From positions 1,825 to 65,824 of the forward strand of contig JAUXOG010000075.1 of NCBI GenBank assembly GCA_030682385.1: a stretch of 64,000 nt of DNA, given 5' to 3'. This stretch comes from Bacteroidota bacterium. GTDB taxonomy: Bacteria > Bacteroidota > Ignavibacteria > UBA10030 > BY39. Both the position numbers and the translations under genes were made by a program. The notes beneath the pieces were generated by a model. That model saw only the letters and a list, made by a program, of their open reading frames with translations, did no database searches and was not told the DNA's origin. Positions 29,167-39,755 of the stretch are shown here, piece after piece; within the stretch, counting starts at the first letter, position 1, and the number at the start of each line of letters is the position of its first letter.

Positions 29167-31320
29167 ATGTTTAAAAAGTTAATCGTTTTAACTTTGATAT
29201 TATTCGTATCCTCGTATTCACAATGGAGATGGTTAAATCCAAAACCGCATGATAAAACAATAAATGAAATTGTTTTTTTAAACAATAGTTCTGGCATTGC
29301 TTTAGGAGAAAAAGGGAGCTGTATCGTTACTTCGGACGGGGGGATAATTTGGACGATAAAACCCTCCGCTGGTTCCTTTGATTTTATTAAAATGCATTGT
29401 GTTGATAACGATAATATATATGCTCTTAGCCAAAAAATGTTTTTTGATGGAATAGAAAGATATATTTATAAATCATCAAACGGAGGAATAAATTGGAGTA
29501 AAGTCGAAATCGGATTAGGAGGCTTCATATCAGATATTTCATTCTATGACAATTATAATTTCTGGGTTGGATTTAGAAAAGGGAGTGGTTGTTTTGTCTT
29601 TGGAGATTGTCTTCTTAAAACTATCGACGGTGGAACATCATGGACTGAGGTAGAAGATAATTTAATTGCGAGTCCCAGAGCTTTATTAAGTATTAGCGAG
29701 TTGAACATTCTTGCGGTTTGCCAGAACATCAGACAATCTTATAATTCTTATATTATTCAGACGACAGACGGTGGTAATACCTGGGAGCAAAAGTATGACT
29801 TAGGCTTATTAACCGTGTACGTTTTTAAAAATATTTCAGCTAATTTGATTCTCGGAGTTGGGTGGGGAGGGAAAATTGTCAAATCTACAGACAACGGAAA
29901 TAGTTGGTTAGATGTTTCTATTAATACCGATATATCTTTTTCAAAAATTGCTGTTTCAAACGAAAAGGATATTCTGATTCTTGGCAGCACAAACAACAAG
30001 AGCGAAGTTTATCAATCAACAAATGATGGAGACACGTGGAGTAAAGTTTTTGAGTTGAATAAGAAATTAGATGCAATTTCCTTTAAACCAAACGGAGAAA
30101 TATGGCTTGGTGGCAACAGCGGAATTCTTTTCAAGTCCACAAATAAGAGAAACGAGTGGATACTGACAAATTGTTTTACATATGAAAATTTAAAAAAGGT
30201 GTTTTTTATAAATCTGAGAATTGGATGGATAGTGGGTGAAAACGGTTATGTAATCAAAACTACAAATGGCGGTGAATCTTGGATACAGCAGTCGTTATCT
30301 ACAAATGAGACAATGAATTCCTGTGTGTTTGTGAACGACCAGGTTGGCTATATTATTGGAACGCAGGGAAAAATTTTTAAAACTTCAAACGGCGGTAGCA
30401 ATTGGTTACAAAAATATACAAACGAGTTACTCATTCTTAAACATATTGCGCGAATAGATGGTGATATATTAATCGTAACAGGTGATAACGGTACAATCCT
30501 GAGAACATCCGACGGTGGAGAGACATGGAATAATTCAAATTCAGGAATTCAAGGTAATAACAGAGCTGTAGATTTAGTCGCACCAAATCCTAATTCAATA
30601 TTTGCCGCTTTTGATAGTGTATTATATTTTAGTTCTGATACCGGTAAATCGTGGTCAGCCGAAAGAACGATCCCTAAAAATCCTGCCATGCCCTCAATTA
30701 CAAAAATAAGTTTTCCTTCTCAACAAGTGGGTTATGCATTTATTCGGACGAGCTTGTATGCTAATTATTGTTACTATAAGACCACCAATGGCGGTATAAA
30801 CTGGAGAATAATCGGAACAAGTTTTCCGTGTAGGGATGCGTCCAAGTTACTGTTTCTTGATGACAGTACGGGCTGGGTAATTGATGATAAGATGATGTTT
30901 ACATCGGATGGTGGTCAAGTATGGGGTTTTAATGAGGATATCCGTGGAGTAGATATGCAGATGTTTGACAAGGACAAAGGTTGGATCGTTGGGAATGATG
31001 GATCTATTCTTCGAACAGAAATTTATGATCCTTTAACTGATGCTAAGGAAATTCCTAAAAATTTAGCATTATACCAAAACTATCCCAATCCATTTAATCC
31101 GGCTACCAAAATTATGTATAATGTTTCTTCATCCACATTTATAAAGATTAGAATTATTAACTTGCTCGGAGAGGTTGTGGATGATCTCATTAATGAATAT
31201 AAAGACGTTGGACAATATGTAGTTGAATGGGATGGAAAAAATCTCCCCTCTGGCATATATTTTTATCAAATGTTGGCTAACAACATTCAGGTTACTCGCA
31301 AAATGATCCTCATACGGTGA
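29167..31320 (+). CDS. Secreted BNR/Asp-box repeat protein with T9SS C-terminal sorting domain (paralog of 14458-16578)
   Basis: Signal peptide. Repeats of SxDGGxxW. C-terminus LYQNYPNPFNP...SGIYFYQMLANNIQVTRKMILIR. Confidence 0.75.
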   Translation: MFKKLIVLTLILFVSSYSQWRWLNPKPHDKTINEIVFLNNSSGIALGEKGSCIVTSDGGIIWTIKPSAGSFDFIKMHCVDNDNIYALSQKMFFDGIERYIYKSSNGGINWSKVEIGLGGFISDISFYDNYNFWVGFRKGSGCFVFGDCLLKTIDGGTSWTEVEDNLIASPRALLSISELNILAVCQNIRQSYNSYIIQTTDGGNTWEQKYDLGLLTVYVFKNISANLILGVGWGGKIVKSTDNGNSWLDVSINTDISFSKIAVSNEKDILILGSTNNKSEVYQSTNDGDTWSKVFELNKKLDAISFKPNGEIWLGGNSGILFKSTNKRNEWILTNCFTYENLKKVFFINLRIGWIVGENGYVIKTTNGGESWIQQSLSTNETMNSCVFVNDQVGYIIGTQGKIFKTSNGGSNWLQKYTNELLILKHIARIDGDILIVTGDNGTILRTSDGGETWNNSNSGIQGNNRAVDLVAPNPNSIFAAFDSVLYFSSDTGKSWSAERTIPKNPAMPSITKISFPSQQVGYAFIRTSLYANYCYYKTTNGGINWRIIGTSFPCRDASKLLFLDDSTGWVIDDKMMFTSDGGQVWGFNEDIRGVDMQMFDKDKGWIVGNDGSILRTEIYDPLTDAKEIPKNLALYQNYPNPFNPATKIMYNVSSSTFIKIRIINLLGEVVDDLINEYKDVGQYVVEWDGKNLPSGIYFYQMLANNIQVTRKMILIR

Positions 31321-31326
31321 ATCAAA

Positions 31327-31815
31327 ATGGAAAGTAAAAAATTTATACTTCTTTCAAGTGCATTCGAGAACGGCAAAGTAATACCGACGAAGTATGCGAA
31401 CAGCGGAGTAATCGGGGGGAAGAATGTTTCGATTCCACTGAATTGGGAGAATATATCTAAAGGTACTAAATCATTTGCAGTTTCAATTATCGATTTGCAT
31501 CCGGTGGCAAACAACTGGGTGCACTGGTTTGTGATAAATATCCCGTTAACTGTCAATGAGATAGTTGAAGGCGCATCAAACACTAATAAAATTCCTGCAG
31601 GTTCTAAAGAACTTAATAACACATTTGGTTCATTAGGTTATGGGGGTCCTCAACCACCGAAGGGAAGCGGCTTACATAAGTATGAAGTTACAATTTATGC
31701 TTTGCATGTAGAGAAGTTGGAACTCGATAAGCATACATCACTCACAACATTCCGGAAAGCGGTTGAAGGGAAAGTTATAGCTACTGCAAAAACCGTTGGT
31801 GTGTTCGAGAGATAA
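31327..31815 (+). CDS. YbhB/YbcL-family PEBP protein
   Basis: Motifs DLHP..NNWVHW and GYGGPQPPKGSGLHKYEVTIYAL. Confidence 0.8.
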   Translation: MESKKFILLSSAFENGKVIPTKYANSGVIGGKNVSIPLNWENISKGTKSFAVSIIDLHPVANNWVHWFVINIPLTVNEIVEGASNTNKIPAGSKELNNTFGSLGYGGPQPPKGSGLHKYEVTIYALHVEKLELDKHTSLTTFRKAVEGKVIATAKTVGVFER

Positions 31816-31819
31816 TTTG

Positions 31820-32956
31820 TTAGGAATTGGAGTTTCGCTCCGTTCCGATGGGACGAGAGTCCCTTCGGGAAATTTCGAGTTTATTTTTTACGGTTGCCTT
31901 AAACTCATCAATTAGATTTTGTACAAGTTCCTTTACTGTGGTAATGCTTGTTGCCTTGAAAGCATTCGAGCCGCAGAAAGCATATCCTTTCTCAAAATTT
32001 CCCTTTAATGCACTTATCAAAGCTGTGATGATGCAGTAAGGACTGCTTGAAATTTCACATGTCTTAATACATTGAAACGGGCACTGCAAAGGCTGACGTT
32101 TTCCTTGTTTAACTTTCTCAAGAAAATTGCTTGTGATTGCCCGCCCGGGCATTCCCACAGGACTTTTAATGATTTCAATATCCTCACTACGTGCGTCGAT
32201 ATAAGATTGCTTAAACTCAGGTGAGGCATCGCACTCTTCAGTCGTTACAAAACGTGTTCCCATCTGAACGCCTGAAGCGCCAAGCTGCATGATGTTGTAT
32301 ATATCTTCGCCGGTATAAATTCCGCCGGCTGCTATTACAGGTATCTGCTTGTTGTACGTTTCTTCAAACTGTTTAACTTCTTTTACTACTTCGGGGATCA
32401 GTTTCTCAAGCGAGTAATTTTCATCTTCAATCTGTTCGGGTTTAAAACCGAGATGCCCGCCTGCTTTGGGACCCTCGACTACTATTGCATCGGGAAGATA
32501 GTCATAATTCTTCTTCCATTTTTCACAAATGATCTTTGCTGCTCGCCCTGACGAGACAATAGGAGCTAATTTTGTAACGCTGTCTTTCTTCAGGAAACTT
32601 GGTAAATCGAGTGGAAGTCCTGCTCCGGCAAAAATAATATCTGCTTTTTCTGAGATTGCTGTTTTTACCATGTCGGTAAAGTTCGACATCGCGACCATAA
32701 TATTTACACCAATAACACCGGATGATTTCTCACGCGCTTTTCGTAGTTCTTCCTTTAAACCAAGTATGCTCGCCTCTAAAAAATCATTTGAAAATTTTTT
32801 GTATAAAAGTCCCAACCCTGCGCTTGATATAACACCGACGCCGCCTTCGTTAGCTACGGCTGCTGCCAATCCGGAAAGGGATACTCCCACTCCCATTCCA
32901 CCCTGTATAAGTGGGAGAGGAATGCTCAAATCGCCAATATTTAATGTATTCATCAA
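31820..32956 (-). CDS. Nitronate monooxygenase / FabK-like FMN-dependent oxidoreductase
   Basis: Segment PLIQGGMGVGVS...GGVGVISSAGLG...GAGLP... with a C-terminal Cys-rich extension. Confidence 0.7.
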   Translation of the reverse strand: MMNTLNIGDLSIPLPLIQGGMGVGVSLSGLAAAVANEGGVGVISSAGLGLLYKKFSNDFLEASILGLKEELRKAREKSSGVIGVNIMVAMSNFTDMVKTAISEKADIIFAGAGLPLDLPSFLKKDSVTKLAPIVSSGRAAKIICEKWKKNYDYLPDAIVVEGPKAGGHLGFKPEQIEDENYSLEKLIPEVVKEVKQFEETYNKQIPVIAAGGIYTGEDIYNIMQLGASGVQMGTRFVTTEECDASPEFKQSYIDARSEDIEIIKSPVGMPGRAITSNFLEKVKQGKRQPLQCPFQCIKTCEISSSPYCIITALISALKGNFEKGYAFCGSNAFKATSITTVKELVQNLIDEFKATVKNKLEISRRDSRPIGTERNSNS

Positions 32957-33011
32957 TTCTAATCTTTGTTCATATAAAGATAACTAATTATTTGATTAAA
33001 ACCACTTCTCA

Positions 33012-33488
33012 TCAAAAATCGTATCGAACGAGTGGTTCATAAACCCTGTTAGTCCCCGGTTCGTATATTCTTAAAAGCAAAGGACCGGTATTATCAAAGG
33101 TTTGCAGGTAATAATTCTTAAGCGGACTTAAATCAAATTTGACATTTTCAGTAATCCATGCTTCACACATATCGGCGTTGGAATTGTGCGATAAATAAAT
33201 TTCAGCTTGAGGTGGATTTGTTTTAATGATTGAGTATGAACCGAATAACTTAAACTCATGTTCGCGACATCCGCCTGAATACGACACAACTAATATCAAT
33301 GTATCTCCGGAGATTCGAGCCGAATCAATTAAAACATGATCATTGCGAAAATCGGGTCCGGGTGAATTATGAAAAAGTATAATCTGATTATCAGTTTGCG
33401 TATTCCCTGTTGTAGAAACAGGAGCGTTTTTACAACCCCATAATAAAGAAGTTATTAAAATTAAAGTAAGTATAATATTTTTATTCAT
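33012..33488 (-). CDS. Hypothetical lipoprotein
   Basis: Lipobox LTLILITSLLWGC. No other motif recognised. Confidence 0.4.
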   Translation of the reverse strand: MNKNIILTLILITSLLWGCKNAPVSTTGNTQTDNQIILFHNSPGPDFRNDHVLIDSARISGDTLILVVSYSGGCREHEFKLFGSYSIIKTNPPQAEIYLSHNSNADMCEAWITENVKFDLSPLKNYYLQTFDNTGPLLLRIYEPGTNRVYEPLVRYDF

Positions 33489-33489
33489 A

Positions 33490-34323
33490 TCAACTATTTT
33501 CCTTTGGACGTATTATTGTCTTGCTCTCTTGAAATACAAATGAGTACGGCGGGACACTCTTAGTCAACCACACATTACCGCCGATGACACTATGATGTCC
33601 GACTACCGTATCGCCACCAAGTATGATCGCCTGTGCATATAAAACTACATCATCTTCAATTGTTGGGTGCCGCTTAGATTTAGCGAGCTTTTTGTTCACA
33701 CTCAACGCCCCAAGCGTTACACCTTGGTACATCTTCACGTTTCTGCCGATGACTGCTGATTCACCGATGACGATTCCTGTCCCGTGGTCTATCGCAAACG
33801 AATTACCGATTTTAGCGCCCGGATGAATATCGATCCCCGTCATCTGGTGGGCATACTCCGTTAGCAAGCGTGGGAAGATAGGAACCTTCAGCTTGTAGAA
33901 TTCGTGTGCGAAGCGATAAATTGCGATGGCTGTGAATCCTGGGTACGCTAGTATTACTTCGTCTATGTTTTCTGCGGCTGGGTCGCCGCTGTAGATGGCT
34001 TCGGCATCAAGCCAGAGCTTCTTGTGGATTTCGGGTAGCGAATTCATGAAACATTGTGTAATCTTTTCTACACTCGATTTTGAGTCTTTTAATAAAGGCA
34101 TAAGCAAACGCTTCAAATCACGTTCTATCAGAACAAGGCGTGATCCAATTTCTTCGGTTGTGAAAAACCCTTCTTTACAGAAATGAGGGAAGAGCATAGC
34201 TAATAAATTATCTACAAAATCCTGAGTTCCCTTTTTCAATTGGAAACCGAGCGAATGGTCGTCGCGTCGATCTTTCAGTATTTGTGCAAAATTATTGTAT
34301 GGTAGTTTGTTTGGCATTTTCAA
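33490..34323 (-). CDS. cysE: Serine O-acetyltransferase
   Basis: Left-handed beta-helix hexapeptide repeats GAKIGNSFAIDHGTGIVIGESAVIGRNVKMYQGVTLG, and an N-terminal SATase helical domain. Confidence 0.8.
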   Translation of the reverse strand: MKMPNKLPYNNFAQILKDRRDDHSLGFQLKKGTQDFVDNLLAMLFPHFCKEGFFTTEEIGSRLVLIERDLKRLLMPLLKDSKSSVEKITQCFMNSLPEIHKKLWLDAEAIYSGDPAAENIDEVILAYPGFTAIAIYRFAHEFYKLKVPIFPRLLTEYAHQMTGIDIHPGAKIGNSFAIDHGTGIVIGESAVIGRNVKMYQGVTLGALSVNKKLAKSKRHPTIEDDVVLYAQAIILGGDTVVGHHSVIGGNVWLTKSVPPYSFVFQESKTIIRPKENS

Positions 34324-34397
34324 TTACGATAATTATAAAATATTCGTAAGAACATTGGATGCAGCGAGGCGAAGTTCACCATCATAAAAACAAACAT

Positions 34398-34961
34398 TTA
34401 CTTTTTCCTTCCTGTTTTTTTTTGTAAACCAAATTCATCTAATTCAGATTGAACCGGTGTTTCAATTTCTATTACATCATCATCTTCCAACAATTTAAGA
34501 TCTTCTGCTTTGCTCAAATCAAGAACGGTTGCCGAAGGTAATGGTTGTATATTTTTAAAATCTCGATTAAAGAATTTATTAAGTACGCCAGCTTTATTCA
34601 GCAGCCAGAGTGTAAAATACAACAGCGTACACAAAATGATTGTATAAATGAAGAAATATATCGCCACTCCTAATATTAATGTAGCTGCAAGGAAAAAATA
34701 TATTAGAAATGAAACAGCTAAACCTGAACGCAAGTGTTGGTTCTTGAACGTCGCAATTTTTGAAAGTATGTATATAACAACCATTCCAATCGGTTGCAAG
34801 ATATAACGATATCCAATCCCAGTTTTATTTTTAAAAAAATTAATTTGAGTCTGAAGCCACTTTTGTAACGCCGCACAGCTTTCGGCAACTGATTTAGTGT
34901 TAAAGTAACCCAATATGCCGCCAACGATTAGGGGCACAATAATAAATATAAAATCTGTCAT
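34398..34961 (-). CDS. Hypothetical membrane protein
   Basis: Four hydrophobic segments. No motif recognised. Confidence 0.4.
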   Translation of the reverse strand: MTDFIFIIVPLIVGGILGYFNTKSVAESCAALQKWLQTQINFFKNKTGIGYRYILQPIGMVVIYILSKIATFKNQHLRSGLAVSFLIYFFLAATLILGVAIYFFIYTIILCTLLYFTLWLLNKAGVLNKFFNRDFKNIQPLPSATVLDLSKAEDLKLLEDDDVIEIETPVQSELDEFGLQKKTGRKK

Positions 34962-35053
34962 ATTTTCCTCAACTTTTCTAAAAATTCATCAGCTTCAAGT
35001 CCGGTTAAACCTTTAACACCAAATGTATTTTCTGCTTCCATAACGGAATAATT

Positions 35054-35362
35054 TTAAATTTGTATCGGAGAGCTTTTTCGAATCTTAGAAATGGTGCTCG
35101 ATTTTGTTTTGGATTTCAACGTATATTTTTTAGGATTTTCTAGATTGTCAATTTCTAAATCTATATCCAATTCGGGCCAATAGAGGTGATATCCGTGCAA
35201 TAATTGAACATTCTGTATTGATTTTAGACTTTGTTCTTTAAAATAAGGATATTCTCGGTAGTTTAAAAAGTATTCCTTTCCATTTACAAAAATCCAGATA
35301 CCAAAAGTGGTAATGTTTTCAACGCTAACTAAAATAATTTTCCCATGCTTCGATAATTTCAT
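35054..35362 (-). CDS. DUF2442-family protein
   Basis: Segment ...HLYWPELDIDLEIDNL... Paired with DUF4160 upstream. Confidence 0.65.
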   Translation of the reverse strand: MKLSKHGKIILVSVENITTFGIWIFVNGKEYFLNYREYPYFKEQSLKSIQNVQLLHGYHLYWPELDIDLEIDNLENPKKYTLKSKTKSSTISKIRKSSPIQI

Positions 35363-35550
35363 TTTTATGTACCTCTACAATTTTTTGAATTTCGTTTAAC
35401 TTATTATGATTCAACCTATAATAAACAGCAAGTGAAATTACAGGTTCAAGCCAAAATTTTGCTTCACCATCTTCACATGAATGTGAATCCGCTTTTCTTC
35501 ATTAGATAGGAAATAAAACCTATACCCTTTTTCTCTAAAAATTGTTGGAC
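35363..35550 (-). pseudogene. DUF4160-family gene with apparent 1-nt deletion frameshift
   Basis: Frame A: MSPTIFREKGYRFYFLSNEEKRIHIHVKMVKQNFGLNL then stop. Frame C continues EDGEAKFWLEPVISLAVYYRLNHNKLNEIQKIVEVHKNEIIEAWENYFS. Joined, they reproduce a full DUF4160 (compare the intact copy at 41430-41690). Confidence 0.55.
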
Positions 35551-35588
35551 TCATACTAAAATCTAATGCAATTTCTAACGTTTTGCAA

Positions 35589-36452
35589 TTATTCTAACCC
35601 TTTTATTCTCTTCAACTTCTCTAAAAACTCATCGGCTTCAAGTCCGGTTAAACCTTTGCTTGCAATCGATTCCTTTGTAATTTTATCAATGTCGATAAGA
35701 CTGGCAATAACAGAAAGTTCAGCTTTAGAGAAACGTTCCGCGAATAAAACATAGTCTTCAAATGCTTCCCATGCCATCGGTGCAACACTTTTAACTATCT
35801 CTCCAATTATTTCAGCGTAAGCACGGATTTCATACTGTGCGTGTCTGTCCATACGCAAATGCAGAAAGTGCAGCAAGTTGTGCAGGTCAATTTTCCAATA
35901 CCACTCGGTATAAAGCGAAAGAGGCAAATTGATACGTGCAAGCTCGCGTGCGATGTTGTCGTTCAGAAATTCTTCGTAACGTTTGTAGCTCGATTGCTGG
36001 TCTAACAAAATCGTATCGAGGACTTTACGCCGAAGCTCTGCCGGAACTTCTTCTTCCGACCTTCCTTGTTTGTTTTTTACATTCTGTCCTTTAATCGCAT
36101 CCTCCGACGGTGCATAAAACTCGTCCTTCATAATCGAGTAGCGACCCGAAAGCTCGTTCACGTTTGCCGTGCGATGGCGTATCCATTGTCTTGCAACGAA
36201 AATAGGAAGTTTTACATGGAACTTCAGCTCAACCATCTCGAATGGTGTAGTGTGTAAATGCCGCATCAGATAGCGAAGCAATATGCGGTCCTCGCTTACT
36301 GTTTTTGTCCCTTGCCCGTATGATACGCGAGCCGCTTGAACGATGGATTCATCGCCGCCCATGTAATCGACGAGCCGTACGAATCCTGCATTCAGGCATT
36401 TGAATTCTTTATCTAAAATTTCTTCTGCTTTCGGGTTTGTTACGTGAGCCAT
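35589..36452 (-). CDS. thyX: Flavin-dependent thymidylate synthase
   Basis: ThyX motif RHRTANVNELSGRYS. Confidence 0.85.
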   Translation of the reverse strand: MAHVTNPKAEEILDKEFKCLNAGFVRLVDYMGGDESIVQAARVSYGQGTKTVSEDRILLRYLMRHLHTTPFEMVELKFHVKLPIFVARQWIRHRTANVNELSGRYSIMKDEFYAPSEDAIKGQNVKNKQGRSEEEVPAELRRKVLDTILLDQQSSYKRYEEFLNDNIARELARINLPLSLYTEWYWKIDLHNLLHFLHLRMDRHAQYEIRAYAEIIGEIVKSVAPMAWEAFEDYVLFAERFSKAELSVIASLIDIDKITKESIASKGLTGLEADEFLEKLKRIKGLE

Positions 36453-36507
36453 TATTTATATCCCGCTTTCTTTAATTCATCCAACGATTTTTAGTCATTT
36501 GTTAATC

Positions 36508-37653
36508 TCAACTATCTTCCGATTCCTTTCCATTATCATATTCGCTGAAATCGTAATCGTCTTCGTCGTAGTTGAATTCAACTTTGCTTTGTTTAATAAT
36601 CTCGTTGAGTATGTCGTTCAAAAAACCCTGATCGATTGTCGATTGAAACTTGATTAGTAATTCAGGGATGTTGATGATTTCTTCGATGCAGGACATATAT
36701 CGTGAGACAATAGCTTTGATTGAATACTGTCTCTCCGCTTGTTCCTGTATTTTATGTTTTATAGTATCATTTGAATCAGATGACTTCACAACGAACGTTA
36801 TCGGGTATTTCTCAATCTTGTCGATGTCTAAAAAATATTTCTTTACGTCCACAGTCTCCGTAACCTGAAAAAAACGCCCCAATGGTTTCATCACGAAATC
36901 AATACCGCCGTCGTTTGCGTTCGTGCGTCCTGTTTTATAGAGTTTGAGATTATCTTCCTGAAGGTACACGGGATCAAAACCCCAGTAGAGTTTTTGATTG
37001 TGATAGTAATACTTGAGGATGCTGTAGCTTACTATTTCAAAAATGCGTGCATCTACTGTTGACCCAAGCAAACCTGTGATAAATTCTACAAGTTCTTGTT
37101 CTTTGAATTTCTCCGCCCCTTCACAGAATTTGATAAAGCGGTCAAACGCACTTCTCTTTGCCTCAATGTAAGCGGTGATTATTTCTATTATAGACACCGA
37201 AAGATCGTTTTTCATGGACCTAATACCGAGTTTGAGAAGATGCTGATTGATCCAGTATCGATTTGTATTAGGATCTCGAAGGACGGGGATATATTCGCAG
37301 TTTGGGAAGAACTTTTTAAACTCCTCGTTCATTCGGTGATTGAGTGCGTGATTTTGCAATTTTTGACCGAATGGAAGTTCTCTCTGTCTATTAAATAGAG
37401 TTGAGAATATCGCACCCTCATAATTATTGTAATTGCCTGACCTGTGGAACCCTTTTGCAATGTAATCTTCGACCAAAACATAGATTGCGTAAAGATTGGC
37501 AAAACTCCCTCTCGATTTGGAACCTTTGTTGGCCGACTTGGTCTTAATATTGAGATACTGAATAAGCACGCTCTTTGAAAAGACCGCCTCCGATGACTTT
37601 GGAAAGTTTTTCTCTAGGATACTTTTGATCGTTTTCGTGAACTCGTGTTCCAT
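36508..37653 (-). CDS. Hypothetical protein. Candidate Type II restriction endonuclease partner of the adjacent methyltransferase.
   Basis: 381 aa, no recognisable family. It overlaps the 3' end of the MTase gene by 40 nt on the same strand, the typical Type II M-R arrangement. Confidence 0.35.
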   Translation of the reverse strand: MEHEFTKTIKSILEKNFPKSSEAVFSKSVLIQYLNIKTKSANKGSKSRGSFANLYAIYVLVEDYIAKGFHRSGNYNNYEGAIFSTLFNRQRELPFGQKLQNHALNHRMNEEFKKFFPNCEYIPVLRDPNTNRYWINQHLLKLGIRSMKNDLSVSIIEIITAYIEAKRSAFDRFIKFCEGAEKFKEQELVEFITGLLGSTVDARIFEIVSYSILKYYYHNQKLYWGFDPVYLQEDNLKLYKTGRTNANDGGIDFVMKPLGRFFQVTETVDVKKYFLDIDKIEKYPITFVVKSSDSNDTIKHKIQEQAERQYSIKAIVSRYMSCIEEIINIPELLIKFQSTIDQGFLNDILNEIIKQSKVEFNYDEDDYDFSEYDNGKESEDS

Positions 37654-38519
37654 TTGGCTTTCTTTTCAAATAGGGAGAGTGTAGTTTGTTTTTCGTCTAT
37701 TGGCGGCTGATATGTTTTCCGCTCTCTGCGTAGAGGTTCACCGTTGAACTCTGAGGCAATCTGCAATCGACGTAATCCAATCTTTACATAGTCTTCATTT
37801 ATTTCAATTCCTATCGATTTCCTTTTGAGTTGTTTTGCAACGTGTGAAGTTGTGAAGGTACCAGAGAACGGATCAACCACTAGTTCGCCCTCGTTGCTGC
37901 TTGCCTTTATAATCCTCTCTAATAATGCTGTGGGTTTTTGAGTCGGATGAATTTCGTATTCATCCATTCGGTATCTTACTCGTGGAATATGCCAAACGTT
38001 TCCTGGGACTTTCTTTGAGTTATACACAGTCGGGACTGATTTTCTGTAATCAATTAGCTTCCGGACGGCTCCAGTCTTTGCTTCGACCAGAATATCGTTA
38101 GCATTAAAGGTATAGTCTTTCTCGTCCTTAACGCAGTGTAGTATCGGCTCATATAAAGAACCAAAATACTTGCGGGCTTGAACACTTGAACTGTCGTAGT
38201 ACCAGACGATTCGAGATAAAATAATGAGCCTGTCTCTGAGGAAAAGATCGAAGTAGGGCATATTCTGAGTGGCTGTCATTACATACAGCGATCCGTTGGG
38301 TTTTAACTTCTTGATGCACAATTGAAGCCATTTGTAACACCAGTTTAAATACGAACTATCTGATTCCCACCGATCAGGAAAATCGACAAACTTCTTCCCG
38401 ATGTTATAAGGTGGATCGGCAAAAATCAGATCAACAGAATTGTCTTTTATTGCAGCAAGTGCCTCGATAGCCTCGCCCCAAACTATTTTGTGACCATTCT
38501 TCTCAAATACCTTCATTTC
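37614..38519 (-). CDS. Site-specific DNA methyltransferase (beta-class N4-C/N6-A, PF01555-like)
   Basis: Motif IV LIFADPPYNIGKKF precedes motif I VVDPFSGTFTTSHVAKQL. Confidence 0.8.
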   Translation of the reverse strand, partial: EMKVFEKNGHKIVWGEAIEALAAIKDNSVDLIFADPPYNIGKKFVDFPDRWESDSSYLNWCYKWLQLCIKKLKPNGSLYVMTATQNMPYFDLFLRDRLIILSRIVWYYDSSSVQARKYFGSLYEPILHCVKDEKDYTFNANDILVEAKTGAVRKLIDYRKSVPTVYNSKKVPGNVWHIPRVRYRMDEYEIHPTQKPTALLERIIKASSNEGELVVDPFSGTFTTSHVAKQLKRKSIGIEINEDYVKIGLRRLQIASEFNGEPLRRERKTYQPPIDEKQTTLSLFEKKAKWNTSSRKRSKVS

Positions 38520-38606
38520 TATCTTCTTCTTAATTAGTTTTTCTTCTCGTTGTCTCGAATTTAACAAATCCTACTGCAAAATCAAATTTAACGGATATGA
38601 ATTTTA

Positions 38607-39728
38607 TTATCTATATCCCGCTTTCTCCAAATCGGCAACCGACTTAAAAGGAAAAGGCGGTTTCAAATACTCGGCGAGGAATTTGTAAATCTTCAATCGC
38701 GTTTCCTTTGCTAACTTTGTGTCAATACGGTCGAAACTGTGTCCGCCGGGTGCATCCTTGAAAATTTCATACTCGAATTTTTTACCTGCCGATTTCAAAG
38801 CACGAATCAAATGCTCAACTTCCAACACATTAACGTCGTCGTCGTTTGTGTTTGTGTGAATAAGAAGCGGTGTTTTCAGTTTTTCAGCATGATTGACAGG
38901 CGAGCGTTTCCGGTATTCTTCAACATTATCCTGTGCTGTTTTTCCGATATGATATTTTGCCGAAAATTCTTTCCGGTATTCATCATCGTAATATCCCATG
39001 CGTGCAACGAGGTCGCTAACCGGCACACCGGCAAAAGCAACCTGATAGTCGTCGGGATGTTGGAAAATATCCATTAGTGCCATTAAGCCGCCGTGGCTCC
39101 AGCCAATTACACCAACCCGATTTTTATCAACGATTTCGTAATTCTCAATCATATAATCGCGACTTGCGTTATTATCAGCTATTTCTAATCCACCGTAATC
39201 AATAAGTTCATAGAATTTTTTACCGTAGCCGGTGCTTCCTCTGTATTCAGGAGCGACTACAATGTAACCCTGAGCCATCAACTCACGGATTATGTGTGTA
39301 TAATAAGTTGTAAAATCTGCGTGCACACCGCCGTGAGGCAAAACGAGAAGCGGATACTTTTTGCTCCGGTCGAGTTTCTGTGGAATGAAAATGTATGACC
39401 AGAATTTAACAGGGTTTGTAGCCCCCATTGCCGTAGGATTAGGAACATAAGCAGGCGGTGGACCTACGATAAACACTTTGTCGATGTTGGCTACATCGCC
39501 GACTTTATTGTACCATAAAATATCATCGACAGCTTTTTCCAATTGATCGAGACGGTGTTCTAGTGACTCAAAATTTTTGTTGATGAGCTTTTCAGTGCTT
39601 GTGCCTTCGTCTTTTCCTTCCTGTGCGAAGAGCGGAAGGGCTAAAATAAAGCAAGCTAAGAGTGCCGCCAATTGTGGAATAAACTGCGGGCGTAGAGGAG
39701 TGAGGAGTTTTGTTTGTGTCATGATCAT
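38607..39728 (-). CDS. Secreted alpha/beta-hydrolase (S9 peptidase / dienelactone-hydrolase-like)
   Basis: Signal peptide. Nucleophile elbow GWSHGG. C-terminal acid/His region ...DDVNV...GGHSF. Confidence 0.65.
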   Translation of the reverse strand: MIMTQTKLLTPLRPQFIPQLAALLACFILALPLFAQEGKDEGTSTEKLINKNFESLEHRLDQLEKAVDDILWYNKVGDVANIDKVFIVGPPPAYVPNPTAMGATNPVKFWSYIFIPQKLDRSKKYPLLVLPHGGVHADFTTYYTHIIRELMAQGYIVVAPEYRGSTGYGKKFYELIDYGGLEIADNNASRDYMIENYEIVDKNRVGVIGWSHGGLMALMDIFQHPDDYQVAFAGVPVSDLVARMGYYDDEYRKEFSAKYHIGKTAQDNVEEYRKRSPVNHAEKLKTPLLIHTNTNDDDVNVLEVEHLIRALKSAGKKFEYEIFKDAPGGHSFDRIDTKLAKETRLKIYKFLAEYLKPPFPFKSVADLEKAGYR

Positions 39729-39755
39729 TATTCCATCCTGGTATAAAAATGTTGA

